From assembly GCA_004295055.1 (NCBI GenBank), contig SHNJ01000031.1:72802-136801 (forward strand): a DNA stretch of 64,000 nucleotides. Reading direction: 5' to 3'. The position numbers were made by a program, and so were the translations under genes. The notes under the pieces were generated by a model. It saw only the letters and a program-made list of their open reading frames with translations, did no database searches and was not told where the DNA came from. The first letter of the stretch is position 1. Every line of letters begins with the position of its first letter. Positions 10,519 through 18,081 of the stretch are shown in pieces. Source of the DNA: Alphaproteobacteria bacterium (lineage in GTDB: Bacteria > Pseudomonadota > Alphaproteobacteria > SHNJ01).

Positions 10519-11139
10519 ATGGCGCAAGCAAATTTTGGATTAACCGCTGTTGCAGCTATGGGCGCGGTAACGGCTTTTGGTATTGTGCCAGCCAACGCGG
10601 ATATTTGGCTGCATCAGGGTACCAATAACACTAGTTTTGCCACATCGGAAATGATGACAGGAAATGTTACTGGTGTTCAAGTAAATATATCGGGGGACAA
10701 TTTGTGGGCATTTACGGCTCGTGCAACAAGTCAGTATATTACTGTTACCTCTGGTTTTTCAAACCAACCAGGTATGTTTGCAGGGTTTGACATGTTTAGT
10801 AATCCATTACCAGTAGGTTCTGGTTATAATGACGTGGATCAAACAGGCATAAATATGACTATGAATATTGGTGCTCAGAATGTTGGTCAACTAATTACCC
10901 TAGTTTTTGCTAATTATGGTATGGTTCCACTCAGCAATGGATCGGATTTGTATGACGTTGGAAGCTCTGGACAAATTAATCCATTGTTTATGGGTGCATG
11001 GAATGGCACAGGGGGTCAGAATCAATTTGGCGTCGAAACTCGCGTATACGAAATTACTGGCATTACCGGTGTTCCAGCTCCGGGTGTGTTGACCTTGGCT
11101 ATGGCTGGCGGTTTATTGGCCGCGCGTCGCCGCCGCTAA
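10519..11139 (+). CDS. Secreted protein with PEP-CTERM-like C-terminal sorting tail
   Basis: RBS GGGAGAGAGAAATG. Signal peptide …GIVPANA|D. C-terminus GVPAPGVLTLAMAGGLLAARRRR is a P-x-P, hydrophobic helix, Arg-cluster arrangement. Paralog of 11365-11985. Confidence 0.65.
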   Translation: MAQANFGLTAVAAMGAVTAFGIVPANADIWLHQGTNNTSFATSEMMTGNVTGVQVNISGDNLWAFTARATSQYITVTSGFSNQPGMFAGFDMFSNPLPVGSGYNDVDQTGINMTMNIGAQNVGQLITLVFANYGMVPLSNGSDLYDVGSSGQINPLFMGAWNGTGGQNQFGVETRVYEITGITGVPAPGVLTLAMAGGLLAARRRR

Positions 11140-11164
11140 TCGATAAAGATCAAATTTTGATTCA

Positions 11165-11195
11165 AAAGGCCTGGGTGAAACCCAGGCCTTTTTAT
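11165..11195 (+). terminator. Rho-independent terminator
   Basis: GGCCTGGG-TGAAA-CCCAGGCC hairpin followed by TTTTTAT. Confidence 0.7.
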
Positions 11196-11364
11196 ATGTG
11201 CGCACGAATAATTAATACTATCGTATGATTATAATATAATTATACTAATATGAAATAAAATTAGCAATATAATTGCAAGGATGGCTAAGAATCATTTTGC
11301 CAACCAAATGGTAAGTGGATTATAAATGCTTACTTCAAAAACTACTTTTTTCGTGGAGAGAAAA

Positions 11365-11985
11365 ATGGTCCGAGCAAATTTTGGAATGATTGCCGCCTTT
11401 ACCGCGGCCACCGCTTTCGGCACACAAGCGAATGCAGATATTTGGGAACAACATGGCAGCGACAACACCGCTTTTGCGACATCGGAAAGAATGACCGGCC
11501 GCGAAATTGACGGAATTGAGTACAGTGTTACTGGCGATAATTTATTTGCCTTTACTGGCGTTGCAAATAGTCGATTTATTACCATTATTTCCCCTGCATC
11601 TAACCAGCCTGGTATTGTGTATGTCCTGGACAAAGATGGAAAACCATTTCCAGTAGGTTCAGGTTATAATGACATTACACAAGAGGGCGTCGATATGATT
11701 ATCGATATTGGCGATGCCAATGTCGGTAAAGAAATCACTTTCGTATTTGGTAATTACGGCACGTTGGCGCAAAATGGCGAAACTCCGCTTTTTAATGATT
11801 ACGAATGCGGCCAAATCGATCCAGATGTGGTTGCGACATGGACTCTGACTGGTGGTCAAAATCAATTTGGTTCCGAAACTCGTGTTTGTTTCTTCGGCGA
11901 GGGAGAAGTTCGCGGTGTGCCAAAAGTAAGCACCACGACGGCGACGGCAGCAGCAAGAGCCAGAGCCACGCGCTGTTGCGACTAA
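11365..11985 (+). CDS. Secreted paralog of 10519-11139 with degenerate (Thr/Ala-rich) C-terminal tail
   Basis: Start moved to MVRANFG… (RBS GGAGAGAAAAATG, matching its paralog). Shared blocks are ANFG…TAFG…ANADIW, PVGSGYND and TGGQNQFG.ETRV. C-terminus is VPKVSTTTATAAARARATRCCD. Confidence 0.6.
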   Translation: MVRANFGMIAAFTAATAFGTQANADIWEQHGSDNTAFATSERMTGREIDGIEYSVTGDNLFAFTGVANSRFITIISPASNQPGIVYVLDKDGKPFPVGSGYNDITQEGVDMIIDIGDANVGKEITFVFGNYGTLAQNGETPLFNDYECGQIDPDVVATWTLTGGQNQFGSETRVCFFGEGEVRGVPKVSTTTATAAARARATRCCD

Positions 11986-12000
11986 CAATTAGATAGAATA

Positions 12001-12034
12001 AAAAAAGCCCGGTTTAATCCGGGCTTTTTTATTG
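12001..12034. terminator. Bidirectional rho-independent terminator
   Basis: AAAAAAA-GCCCGG-TTTAAT-CCGGGC-TTTTTTATT. It lies between two convergent genes (11365-11985 on + and 12048-12428 on -). Confidence 0.75.
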
Positions 12035-12047
12035 GGAGTATTTAACC

Positions 12048-12428
12048 TTAGCTTTCATAATTATCATTCGCGAACATGGCGGCGACGCCCGCACCGAAAT
12101 GATTTTCGATGCGGTAATATTGAATTTCCCGGTCGTTAAAATAATTTTGTTTTTTTAGCAAATTTTGCAGCAACGATTGCTTGCGGCGGTATTCGCGGTA
12201 CGCCTTGGCGATCAGGCGCGGGATCGCCTCGGAAATATCGACGATGTTTTTCGCGCCGAATCCCGCAACCGGCATTTCCGCTTGCCACATTCTGTAATGC
12301 CGCAAAGTTTGCAACATCCAATACCGCAGCAATTGAATCTCAGCGCGCATGGCGCAAATCAGCATTTTTGTCTGGCGCGGATTGGCGGGTACAAAATAAA
12401 AACCCGGCCCGGCGAATTCTTGGTTCAT
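12048..12428 (-). CDS. Small protein of unknown function; paralog A of 14172-14540
   Basis: 126 aa with RBS AGGGAGAGC. The C-terminal 43 aa and about 150 nt are near-identical to 14172-14540 (…[47 protein letters not shown]). Transcribed divergently from an XRE regulator. Confidence 0.6.
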   Translation of the reverse strand: MNQEFAGPGFYFVPANPRQTKMLICAMRAEIQLLRYWMLQTLRHYRMWQAEMPVAGFGAKNIVDISEAIPRLIAKAYREYRRKQSLLQNLLKKQNYFNDREIQYYRIENHFGAGVAAMFANDNYES

Positions 12429-12606
12429 AAAAAGCTCTCCCTAAATATTAATTTTTGTTGGTTACGAGGGGTAAAATAGGCCTAAATGGTTAATGAATGG
12501 TTAATTTATAGATAGAAATCATAAAAAATATTACTAATATTCATTTTTTTTATGATTTATCTTGATAATGGGATTCAGGCCTTCTAAAACAAAGCAGGGT
12601 AAGACT
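12429..12606. promoter_or_regulatory. Divergent AT-rich promoter region with GGTTAAT direct repeats (candidate operator)
   Basis: TGGTTAATGAATGGTTAAT at 12487-12505 lies between divergent genes. An analogous GGTTAAT…GTTAAT is in the paralogous region 14754-14772. Confidence 0.35.
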
Positions 12607-13251
12607 ATGACTTTGGATGCTTCTCAAATCCGCGCCGCACGCGCCTTGTTGGACTGGACAATCGAAGATTTGGCCAAAATTACCGGCTTGAGCAAGGATT
12701 CCATCAAAAATGTAGAGCGTGGGCATACTCAACCCCGTATAAATACCCGAATTGTTATAGAAGAAGCTTTTGAAAAAGCAGGCATCGAATTTTTGCCGGG
12801 TTCTGGCGTGCGCAAGAAAAATAATTTAATAACGACCTTAACCGGCGAATACGCCAATCGGCAATTGCTGGATGATGTGTATGCAACCCTTGTGGCTCGG
12901 GAAAATGCGTGTGTCTATATTACCGGCGTCAAGGAAACACAAAGCATCGATAGTGTGGATTATGAATATTTGGAAAAACATATTCAACGCTTATTGAAAG
13001 CGAATATTAAAGAAAAATTGATTGTTGAAGAAGGCGATTCCACTTTTATAGCGCCTTCATACAGCTATCGGTGGATAGCAGAACAATATTTTGAGAATGT
13101 ACCCATCCAAGTTTATGGCGATAAAATCGCCTTTGTGGATTGGGGGCCGCCGGAGCAAATCGTTATCATTCAAAACAAAGGATTTGCCATGGCTATGCAG
13201 AAACTGCTGGATTTCGCATGGCAAAACTGCGCCGTGCCTAAAGGCTTGTAA
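12607..13251 (+). CDS. XRE-family helix-turn-helix transcriptional regulator with uncharacterised C-terminal domain
   Basis: Start set to MTLDASQIRAARALLDWTIEDLAKITGLSKDSIKNVERG (HTH). Same length as, and colinear with, paralog 14937-15584 (conserved EEGD…YRW…VY.DK.A). Confidence 0.6.
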   Translation: MTLDASQIRAARALLDWTIEDLAKITGLSKDSIKNVERGHTQPRINTRIVIEEAFEKAGIEFLPGSGVRKKNNLITTLTGEYANRQLLDDVYATLVARENACVYITGVKETQSIDSVDYEYLEKHIQRLLKANIKEKLIVEEGDSTFIAPSYSYRWIAEQYFENVPIQVYGDKIAFVDWGPPEQIVIIQNKGFAMAMQKLLDFAWQNCAVPKGL

Positions 13252-13252
13252 A

Positions 13253-14119
13253 ATGATGCATATATCCGGAAAGCTAAAGCAAATCGTATCCTTAGGGCCA
13301 GAAAATTTCGACTTTCTGAAAGCGGCCAATAACAACGACAGTTATCAATTGTCGCCTACATATTATTTGTTTACCGGAAGAAAAGGTTTATGGGTGTTGG
13401 AACAGGATGGGCAAGCGGCTTTAATTGCTAAGCATCCTAACTTAGAAGACGAATTGTTGGTATTTTATCCTAATGGATATTGCCCAAATCTAGAGCATCA
13501 AGTTTTACATCATGTTCCGCGTAACAGCCGATTAAAAGCTGCAAGACTAGCCGTTTGCGCAAATTCTAATCTCAATGCAGTTATGGATGAGGAACTATTC
13601 TTAGATTGGCGTTACCCAGTCTGCATACTGGATACTGCGTATGTTGGAAAACTGCGCGGCAGGTTATTAGAGGATGTAAAGAACAATTATAATAGAGCCG
13701 CTAGAACGATTTGTAGAATTGAGGCTTACAATCCGGCTGCGCATAAAGATCGCATGAGAGAATTGATTCAACAATGGCATCGCCCGGAAGCGCATGATGG
13801 ATATGAAGGGCTATTAAATATTATGGAACGAATGCCGGGAAATTTCGGCTTAATCGCTCTAACAGAAGAATCTATCGCGGGGTTTATTCACTGGGAAATG
13901 CCATGGAAACCGGGGAGTCCGGCTAATTCTCTGGCCTTGATTGTTGACAAAAGCATTAAAGGATTAAGCGAATTTATGATGGTGGAAATGTGCCGCGCGT
14001 TGGTGCAGACCGGATGCCTTGCTGTCAATATAGGTGGGTCTGAAACCGAAAGCCTTCATTATTTTAAAAGCAAATTTAATCCAAAAATGGTGGATCTGCG
14101 TAATTATAATTATGCTTAA
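13253..14119 (+). CDS. Stand-alone DUF2156 / phosphatidylglycerol-lysyltransferase C-terminal-like (FemXAB/GNAT-fold) protein; putative aminoacyl-tRNA-dependent transferase
   Basis: Start re-set to the ATG 1 nt after the regulator stop (MMHISGKLKQ…); the track's 13091 start overlaps the regulator. C-terminal signature …GSETESLHYFKSKFNPKMVDL matches the FK.KF.P motif that ends MprF C-domains. Confidence 0.5.
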   Translation: MMHISGKLKQIVSLGPENFDFLKAANNNDSYQLSPTYYLFTGRKGLWVLEQDGQAALIAKHPNLEDELLVFYPNGYCPNLEHQVLHHVPRNSRLKAARLAVCANSNLNAVMDEELFLDWRYPVCILDTAYVGKLRGRLLEDVKNNYNRAARTICRIEAYNPAAHKDRMRELIQQWHRPEAHDGYEGLLNIMERMPGNFGLIALTEESIAGFIHWEMPWKPGSPANSLALIVDKSIKGLSEFMMVEMCRALVQTGCLAVNIGGSETESLHYFKSKFNPKMVDLRNYNYA

Positions 14120-14171
14120 AGATTAATACTTTTTAAGTAGTACAATGCGCGGCGAGGCAGCTAATATGGCG

Positions 14172-14540
14172 TTAGGCATAATTATCGTTCGCGAACATGG
14201 CGGCGACGCCCGCGCCGAAATGATTTTCGATGCGGTAATATTGAATTTCCCGGTCGTTAAAATAATTTTGTTTTTTTAGCAAATTCTGCAACAACGATTG
14301 CTTGCGGCGGTATTCGCGCAACGATTGGTTGATCAATCCCTGCACTTTGCTTTGCATATTGGCGATTTTTTTTGCCGGCAATGCGCCGTCATTGTTCATT
14401 TCCGCGCGCCAGGATTTATAATTCTGCAAAGTTTGCAGCATCCAATAACGTAGCAAGCGGATTTCCGCTTCCATCGCCTCGGCTAAATTTTGACTTTTGC
14501 CTTTGGTGTTGGCATTGGTTTTATTTTGTTGTGCTGGCAT
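14172..14540 (-). CDS. Small protein of unknown function; paralog B of 12048-12428
   Basis: 122 aa with RBS AAGGGAG. C-terminus identical to paralog A. Preceded on the same strand by a 47-aa ORF. Confidence 0.6.
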   Translation of the reverse strand: MPAQQNKTNANTKGKSQNLAEAMEAEIRLLRYWMLQTLQNYKSWRAEMNNDGALPAKKIANMQSKVQGLINQSLREYRRKQSLLQNLLKKQNYFNDREIQYYRIENHFGAGVAAMFANDNYA

Positions 14541-14560
14541 ATCTCGCTCCCTTAACTCCG

Positions 14561-14704
14561 TTAGGCCGCTTTTTGTACTTTGCGCATTTCTTCAACTACG
14601 TTCAGCGCAAAATAGGGGCCATATTTAATTTCCAAATACTCATAAATTTCTTCTTCGCTCATCATCGCGTAATTTGGTTTGGTATTTTGATTCGCGTAAT
14701 CCAT
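14561..14704 (-). CDS. Small ORF (47 aa) not in the supplied track: MDYANQNTKPNYAMMSEEEIYEYLEIKYGPYFALNVVEEMRKVQKAA
   Basis: Read by hand on the minus strand. ATG at 14704, stop TAA at 14561-14563. It ends 20 nt before the RBS and ATG of 14172-14540, an operon-like spacing. Acidic/aromatic, no signal peptide. Confidence 0.35.
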   Translation of the reverse strand: MDYANQNTKPNYAMMSEEEIYEYLEIKYGPYFALNVVEEMRKVQKAA

Positions 14705-14710
14705 CTCTAG

Positions 14711-14936
14711 TCCCTTAGTTCCCGTTGTTGGCAACGAGAGAATAGGATCATAAGGTTAATCAAAAGTTAATTCAATAGAAAAAATATCTAATAACGATAT
14801 ATTTTATGCCTTTTATAGATGGTATTATACACAAATTATTGATATATAATGATAATATTCCATCCAGAAAAATAAAAAATGACGATATTTTTTATATGTT
14901 CTTGCAATATGTTTTATATCTTGTTATGCAGAAAAC
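14711..14936. promoter_or_regulatory. Divergent AT-rich promoter region with GGTTAAT-N6-GTTAAT repeat (candidate operator)
   Basis: GGTTAATCAAAAGTTAATT at 14754-14772. Same position relative to the regulator gene as in cassette 1. Confidence 0.35.
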
Positions 14937-15584
14937 ATGATAGACGCCAAACAAATACGCGCCGCGCGCGCTTTGCTGAATTGGTCGCGGGAGGAGCTGG
15001 CCGAACAAACGGGGATTTCCGTCCCCGCGCTTGCTCGCGCCGAAACGGGCGAATCGCAATTGCGCACGACTAGCGCCGAGAAAATCAAATCATCGTTGGA
15101 GCAGGCGGGTGTAATTTTTACGGATGGCAGTGGTGTGAAGCTCAAAACGGATTTGGTACAAATTTATGAAGGTGAAAATTGCTATCTAAAATTGCTGGAA
15201 GATTTTGAAGACCTGAATGTTAAAGGAGAAAAAGAAATTCTGTTCAGTTCTGCTTCTGAAAAAAGATCAACGGATGAGGTTATTGAGAAAACGCGTCTTC
15301 TAAGAAAAAAAGGCATTAAGATGCGCTTTCTTTTGGAGGAAGGCGACACATACATAATGGGTGACCTTTCAGAATATAGATGGATGCATAAAAGTTTATT
15401 TTCCAAGGGTGACGTAAAGCTAGTGTATGCGGATAAAGTCGCTTATTTGGTTAGTTGGATGGAAACACCTCGTGTTGTAGTTGTTTCTGAGAAAAACATT
15501 GCTGAAGAAAATCGAAGAGCGTTTGAATTTATTTGGAATATATCGAAGAAACCGACGCACAGCGATGCGGACATTTCATATTGA
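14937..15584 (+). CDS. XRE-family HTH transcriptional regulator; paralog of 12607-13251
   Basis: MIDAKQIRAARALLNWSREELAEQTGISVPALARAETG HTH. C-terminal domain colinear with its paralog. Confidence 0.6.
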   Translation: MIDAKQIRAARALLNWSREELAEQTGISVPALARAETGESQLRTTSAEKIKSSLEQAGVIFTDGSGVKLKTDLVQIYEGENCYLKLLEDFEDLNVKGEKEILFSSASEKRSTDEVIEKTRLLRKKGIKMRFLLEEGDTYIMGDLSEYRWMHKSLFSKGDVKLVYADKVAYLVSWMETPRVVVVSEKNIAEENRRAFEFIWNISKKPTHSDADISY

Positions 15585-15592
15585 GGCGCAGA

Positions 15593-16309
15593 ATGTTCGA
15601 AATCAAAATTAAAACGTCAAAAAATCAAATCGCCTTATATAATCGCTGTGTATTGGGCGTAAGTCTAGATAGCAATAATCACAGAGGTGATCGTCTGGCG
15701 GCATTGGTAGAATGGGCTAATGATAATTTTAAAGATTGCATCGTCGATCTTACCGATACTTTGCATCGGTATAATCACATGGCGGATCTAAAATTGTCGG
15801 AAAACGATGCCAGATTGAAAGCCCATATTCAGGGCGATCAGTGGCTGCAAGAATCATATCACATATTATCCAATTTCAAGATTCCATATTGCATTCTGCG
15901 GTGGGATGCATGGAAATATAATCATAAGTTTATAAGGTATCTGCATATGTTTGAAAGCGCATTCGCGGTCGATAAAAATTTCCGTGAAGCTGTTATGTAT
16001 GATGTTAATTTATTTTTAGGCAGAAGAAAAGCTCTTGGCAGTCCAACCACGGAGCAATTATGCGTTACCTATTTATTGGAAGAACTTGCTGGTCAATCCT
16101 TATTGTATGAACAATTTCCAGCTGCTGAGATTTATCCGGGTAAACAACAAAAAAGCTTTGGATTAGTGCGTGCTGGGAAAGTGCCTAATGTGCCAACTGG
16201 TTTGCAGAATTCCTGTTTTGTAAGCCTGTATCTGCATGACAAGAGTGCGGGGTTATTTGGTTCCGCCAATGACGATGCAGATTTTGCTGATTTAAGAAAA
16301 ATGGGTTGA
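15593..16309 (+). CDS. Cyclodipeptide synthase (CDPS)-like tRNA-dependent enzyme
   Basis: Start set to the ATG 9 nt after the regulator stop (MFEIKIKT…, 238 aa). Motifs colinear with AlbC-type CDPS are: LGVSLDSNN (the G-x-S catalytic-Ser loop); LVEWANDNF…IVDLTDT (compare LLQWAGQRF…VVYVDT); TYLLEE (the Y…E pair); and SLYLHD (the late Tyr). Confidence 0.65.
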   Translation: MFEIKIKTSKNQIALYNRCVLGVSLDSNNHRGDRLAALVEWANDNFKDCIVDLTDTLHRYNHMADLKLSENDARLKAHIQGDQWLQESYHILSNFKIPYCILRWDAWKYNHKFIRYLHMFESAFAVDKNFREAVMYDVNLFLGRRKALGSPTTEQLCVTYLLEELAGQSLLYEQFPAAEIYPGKQQKSFGLVRAGKVPNVPTGLQNSCFVSLYLHDKSAGLFGSANDDADFADLRKMG

Positions 16310-16464
16310 TACTTCTGAAACCTTGATTTCAAAGCCTGAACACACTCCTATCCATATATTTCTCCACATATTGCCCCGCACTCTAAATCTCCTTGGAATC
16401 CGGCTTATTTTAAGGCATCTTAAGGGCCGCTTTCCTATATCCAGCCCTTATCCCGATTACCCGC

Positions 16465-18072
16465 ATGAAAACCTTATCCAGCCAGATCAATACAAAATCC
16501 GAAGATTTCAAAACCAACGCCGCGCATATGCAATCGCAGATTGACGATATGAACGAAAAACTGGCGCGGATTCAGCTGGGCGGATCCGAAGACGCGCGCA
16601 AAAAACATACTGCGCGCGGCAAATTACTCACGCGTGACCGGATCAATCATTTGCTCGATCCCGGCTCGGCATTTTTAGAATTCAGCGCCTTTGCCGGATA
16701 TAATATGTACGAAGATGATGTGCCCGCCGCCAGTATCATTACCGGCATTGGCCGCGTCAATGGCCAGGAATCGGTCGTCATCGCCAACGATCCGACGGTT
16801 AAGGGCGGAACCTATTACCCGATGACGGTGAAAAAACATTTGCGGGCGCAAGACATCGCCGCGCAAAACAACTTGCCTTGCATTTATCTGGTCGATTCGG
16901 GCGGCGCGTTTTTGCCGATGCAGGATGACGTGTTTCCAGACCGCGATCATTTCGGCCGTATTTTTTATAACCAGGCGCGCATGTCTTCCCGACGTATTCC
17001 GCAAATAGCGGTGGTGATGGGTTCTTGCACCGCAGGCGGCGCCTATGTTCCCGCCATGTCGGACGAAGTGGTGATTGTTAAAAACCAAGGGACTATTTTC
17101 CTGGGCGGCCCGCCACTGGTCAAGGCCGCGACGGGCGAGGTTGTTACGGCGGAGGATCTGGGCGGCGCGGACGTGCATTGCCGCACGTCGGGCGTTGCCG
17201 ATCATATGGCGGATCATGATCGTCATGCGCTGGAAATCACCCGCAATATTGTTGGCAATCTAAACCGTTCGCCGCAAACCAAATTAAATCGTATCTCGCC
17301 GGAATTGCCGAAATACGATCCGGCGGAATTGGTTGGCATTATTCCCAAAGACACGCGCAAGCCGTTCGATATCCGCGAAATCATTGCGCGTATCGTCGAT
17401 GGCAGCCGGTTCGATGAATTCAAGGCGCTGTATGGCACGACCATCGTTTGCGGATTTTCCTATATCATGGGTATGCCGGTCGGTATTATCGCCAACAACG
17501 GCATTCTGTTTTCCGAAGCCGCGTTAAAGGCGACGCATTTTATTGAATTATGCAGTCAGCGCGGAATTCCATTGGTGTTCCTGCAAAATATCACCGGATT
17601 CATGGTTGGCCGCAAATATGAAAATGACGGCATCGCCAAAGATGGCGCGAAAATGGTGACCGCAGTGTCTTGCGCCAATGTGCCGAAATTTACCGTGCTG
17701 ATTGGCGGATCGTTCGGCGCTGGCAATTATGGAATGTGCGGGCGGGCCTTTAACCCGAATTTATTATGGATGTGGCCGAATTCGCGGATTTCCGTTATGG
17801 GCGGCGAACAAGCGGCGAATGTGTTATGGCAGATCCGCGCGGACAGGGCAGAGGCCGAAGGCAAAAAACCAACCGCCGCCGAAGCCGAGCAATTCAAATC
17901 GCCAATCCGCCAGCAATATGAAAATCAAGGCCATCCTTATTATGCTTCCGCGCGTTTGTGGGACGACGGTATTTTATCGCCAACCGACACGCGCATGGCG
18001 TTGTCGATGGGAATTTCAGCCTCGCTGAACGCTCAGTGGGACGATACACGATTCGGCGTATTTAGAATGTAG
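16465..18072 (+). CDS. mccB: Methylcrotonyl-CoA carboxylase carboxyltransferase (beta) subunit
   Basis: 535 aa acyl-CoA carboxyltransferase fold (two crotonase-like halves). Adjacent to liuC, mccA and hmgL. Confidence 0.8.
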   Translation: MKTLSSQINTKSEDFKTNAAHMQSQIDDMNEKLARIQLGGSEDARKKHTARGKLLTRDRINHLLDPGSAFLEFSAFAGYNMYEDDVPAASIITGIGRVNGQESVVIANDPTVKGGTYYPMTVKKHLRAQDIAAQNNLPCIYLVDSGGAFLPMQDDVFPDRDHFGRIFYNQARMSSRRIPQIAVVMGSCTAGGAYVPAMSDEVVIVKNQGTIFLGGPPLVKAATGEVVTAEDLGGADVHCRTSGVADHMADHDRHALEITRNIVGNLNRSPQTKLNRISPELPKYDPAELVGIIPKDTRKPFDIREIIARIVDGSRFDEFKALYGTTIVCGFSYIMGMPVGIIANNGILFSEAALKATHFIELCSQRGIPLVFLQNITGFMVGRKYENDGIAKDGAKMVTAVSCANVPKFTVLIGGSFGAGNYGMCGRAFNPNLLWMWPNSRISVMGGEQAANVLWQIRADRAEAEGKKPTAAEAEQFKSPIRQQYENQGHPYYASARLWDDGILSPTDTRMALSMGISASLNAQWDDTRFGVFRM

Positions 18073-18081
18073 GAGATTGCG

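Noticed and set aside
11921-11985. Frameshift restoring a hydrophobic PEP-CTERM helix in the second paralog
   Set aside because: All three forward frames were checked; none gives a hydrophobic tail. The erosion appears real rather than a single indel.
13091-13252. Long form of the DUF2156-like ORF starting at 13091
   Set aside because: It would overlap the XRE regulator gene by 160 nt in another frame. An ATG-ATG right after the regulator stop is the plausible start.
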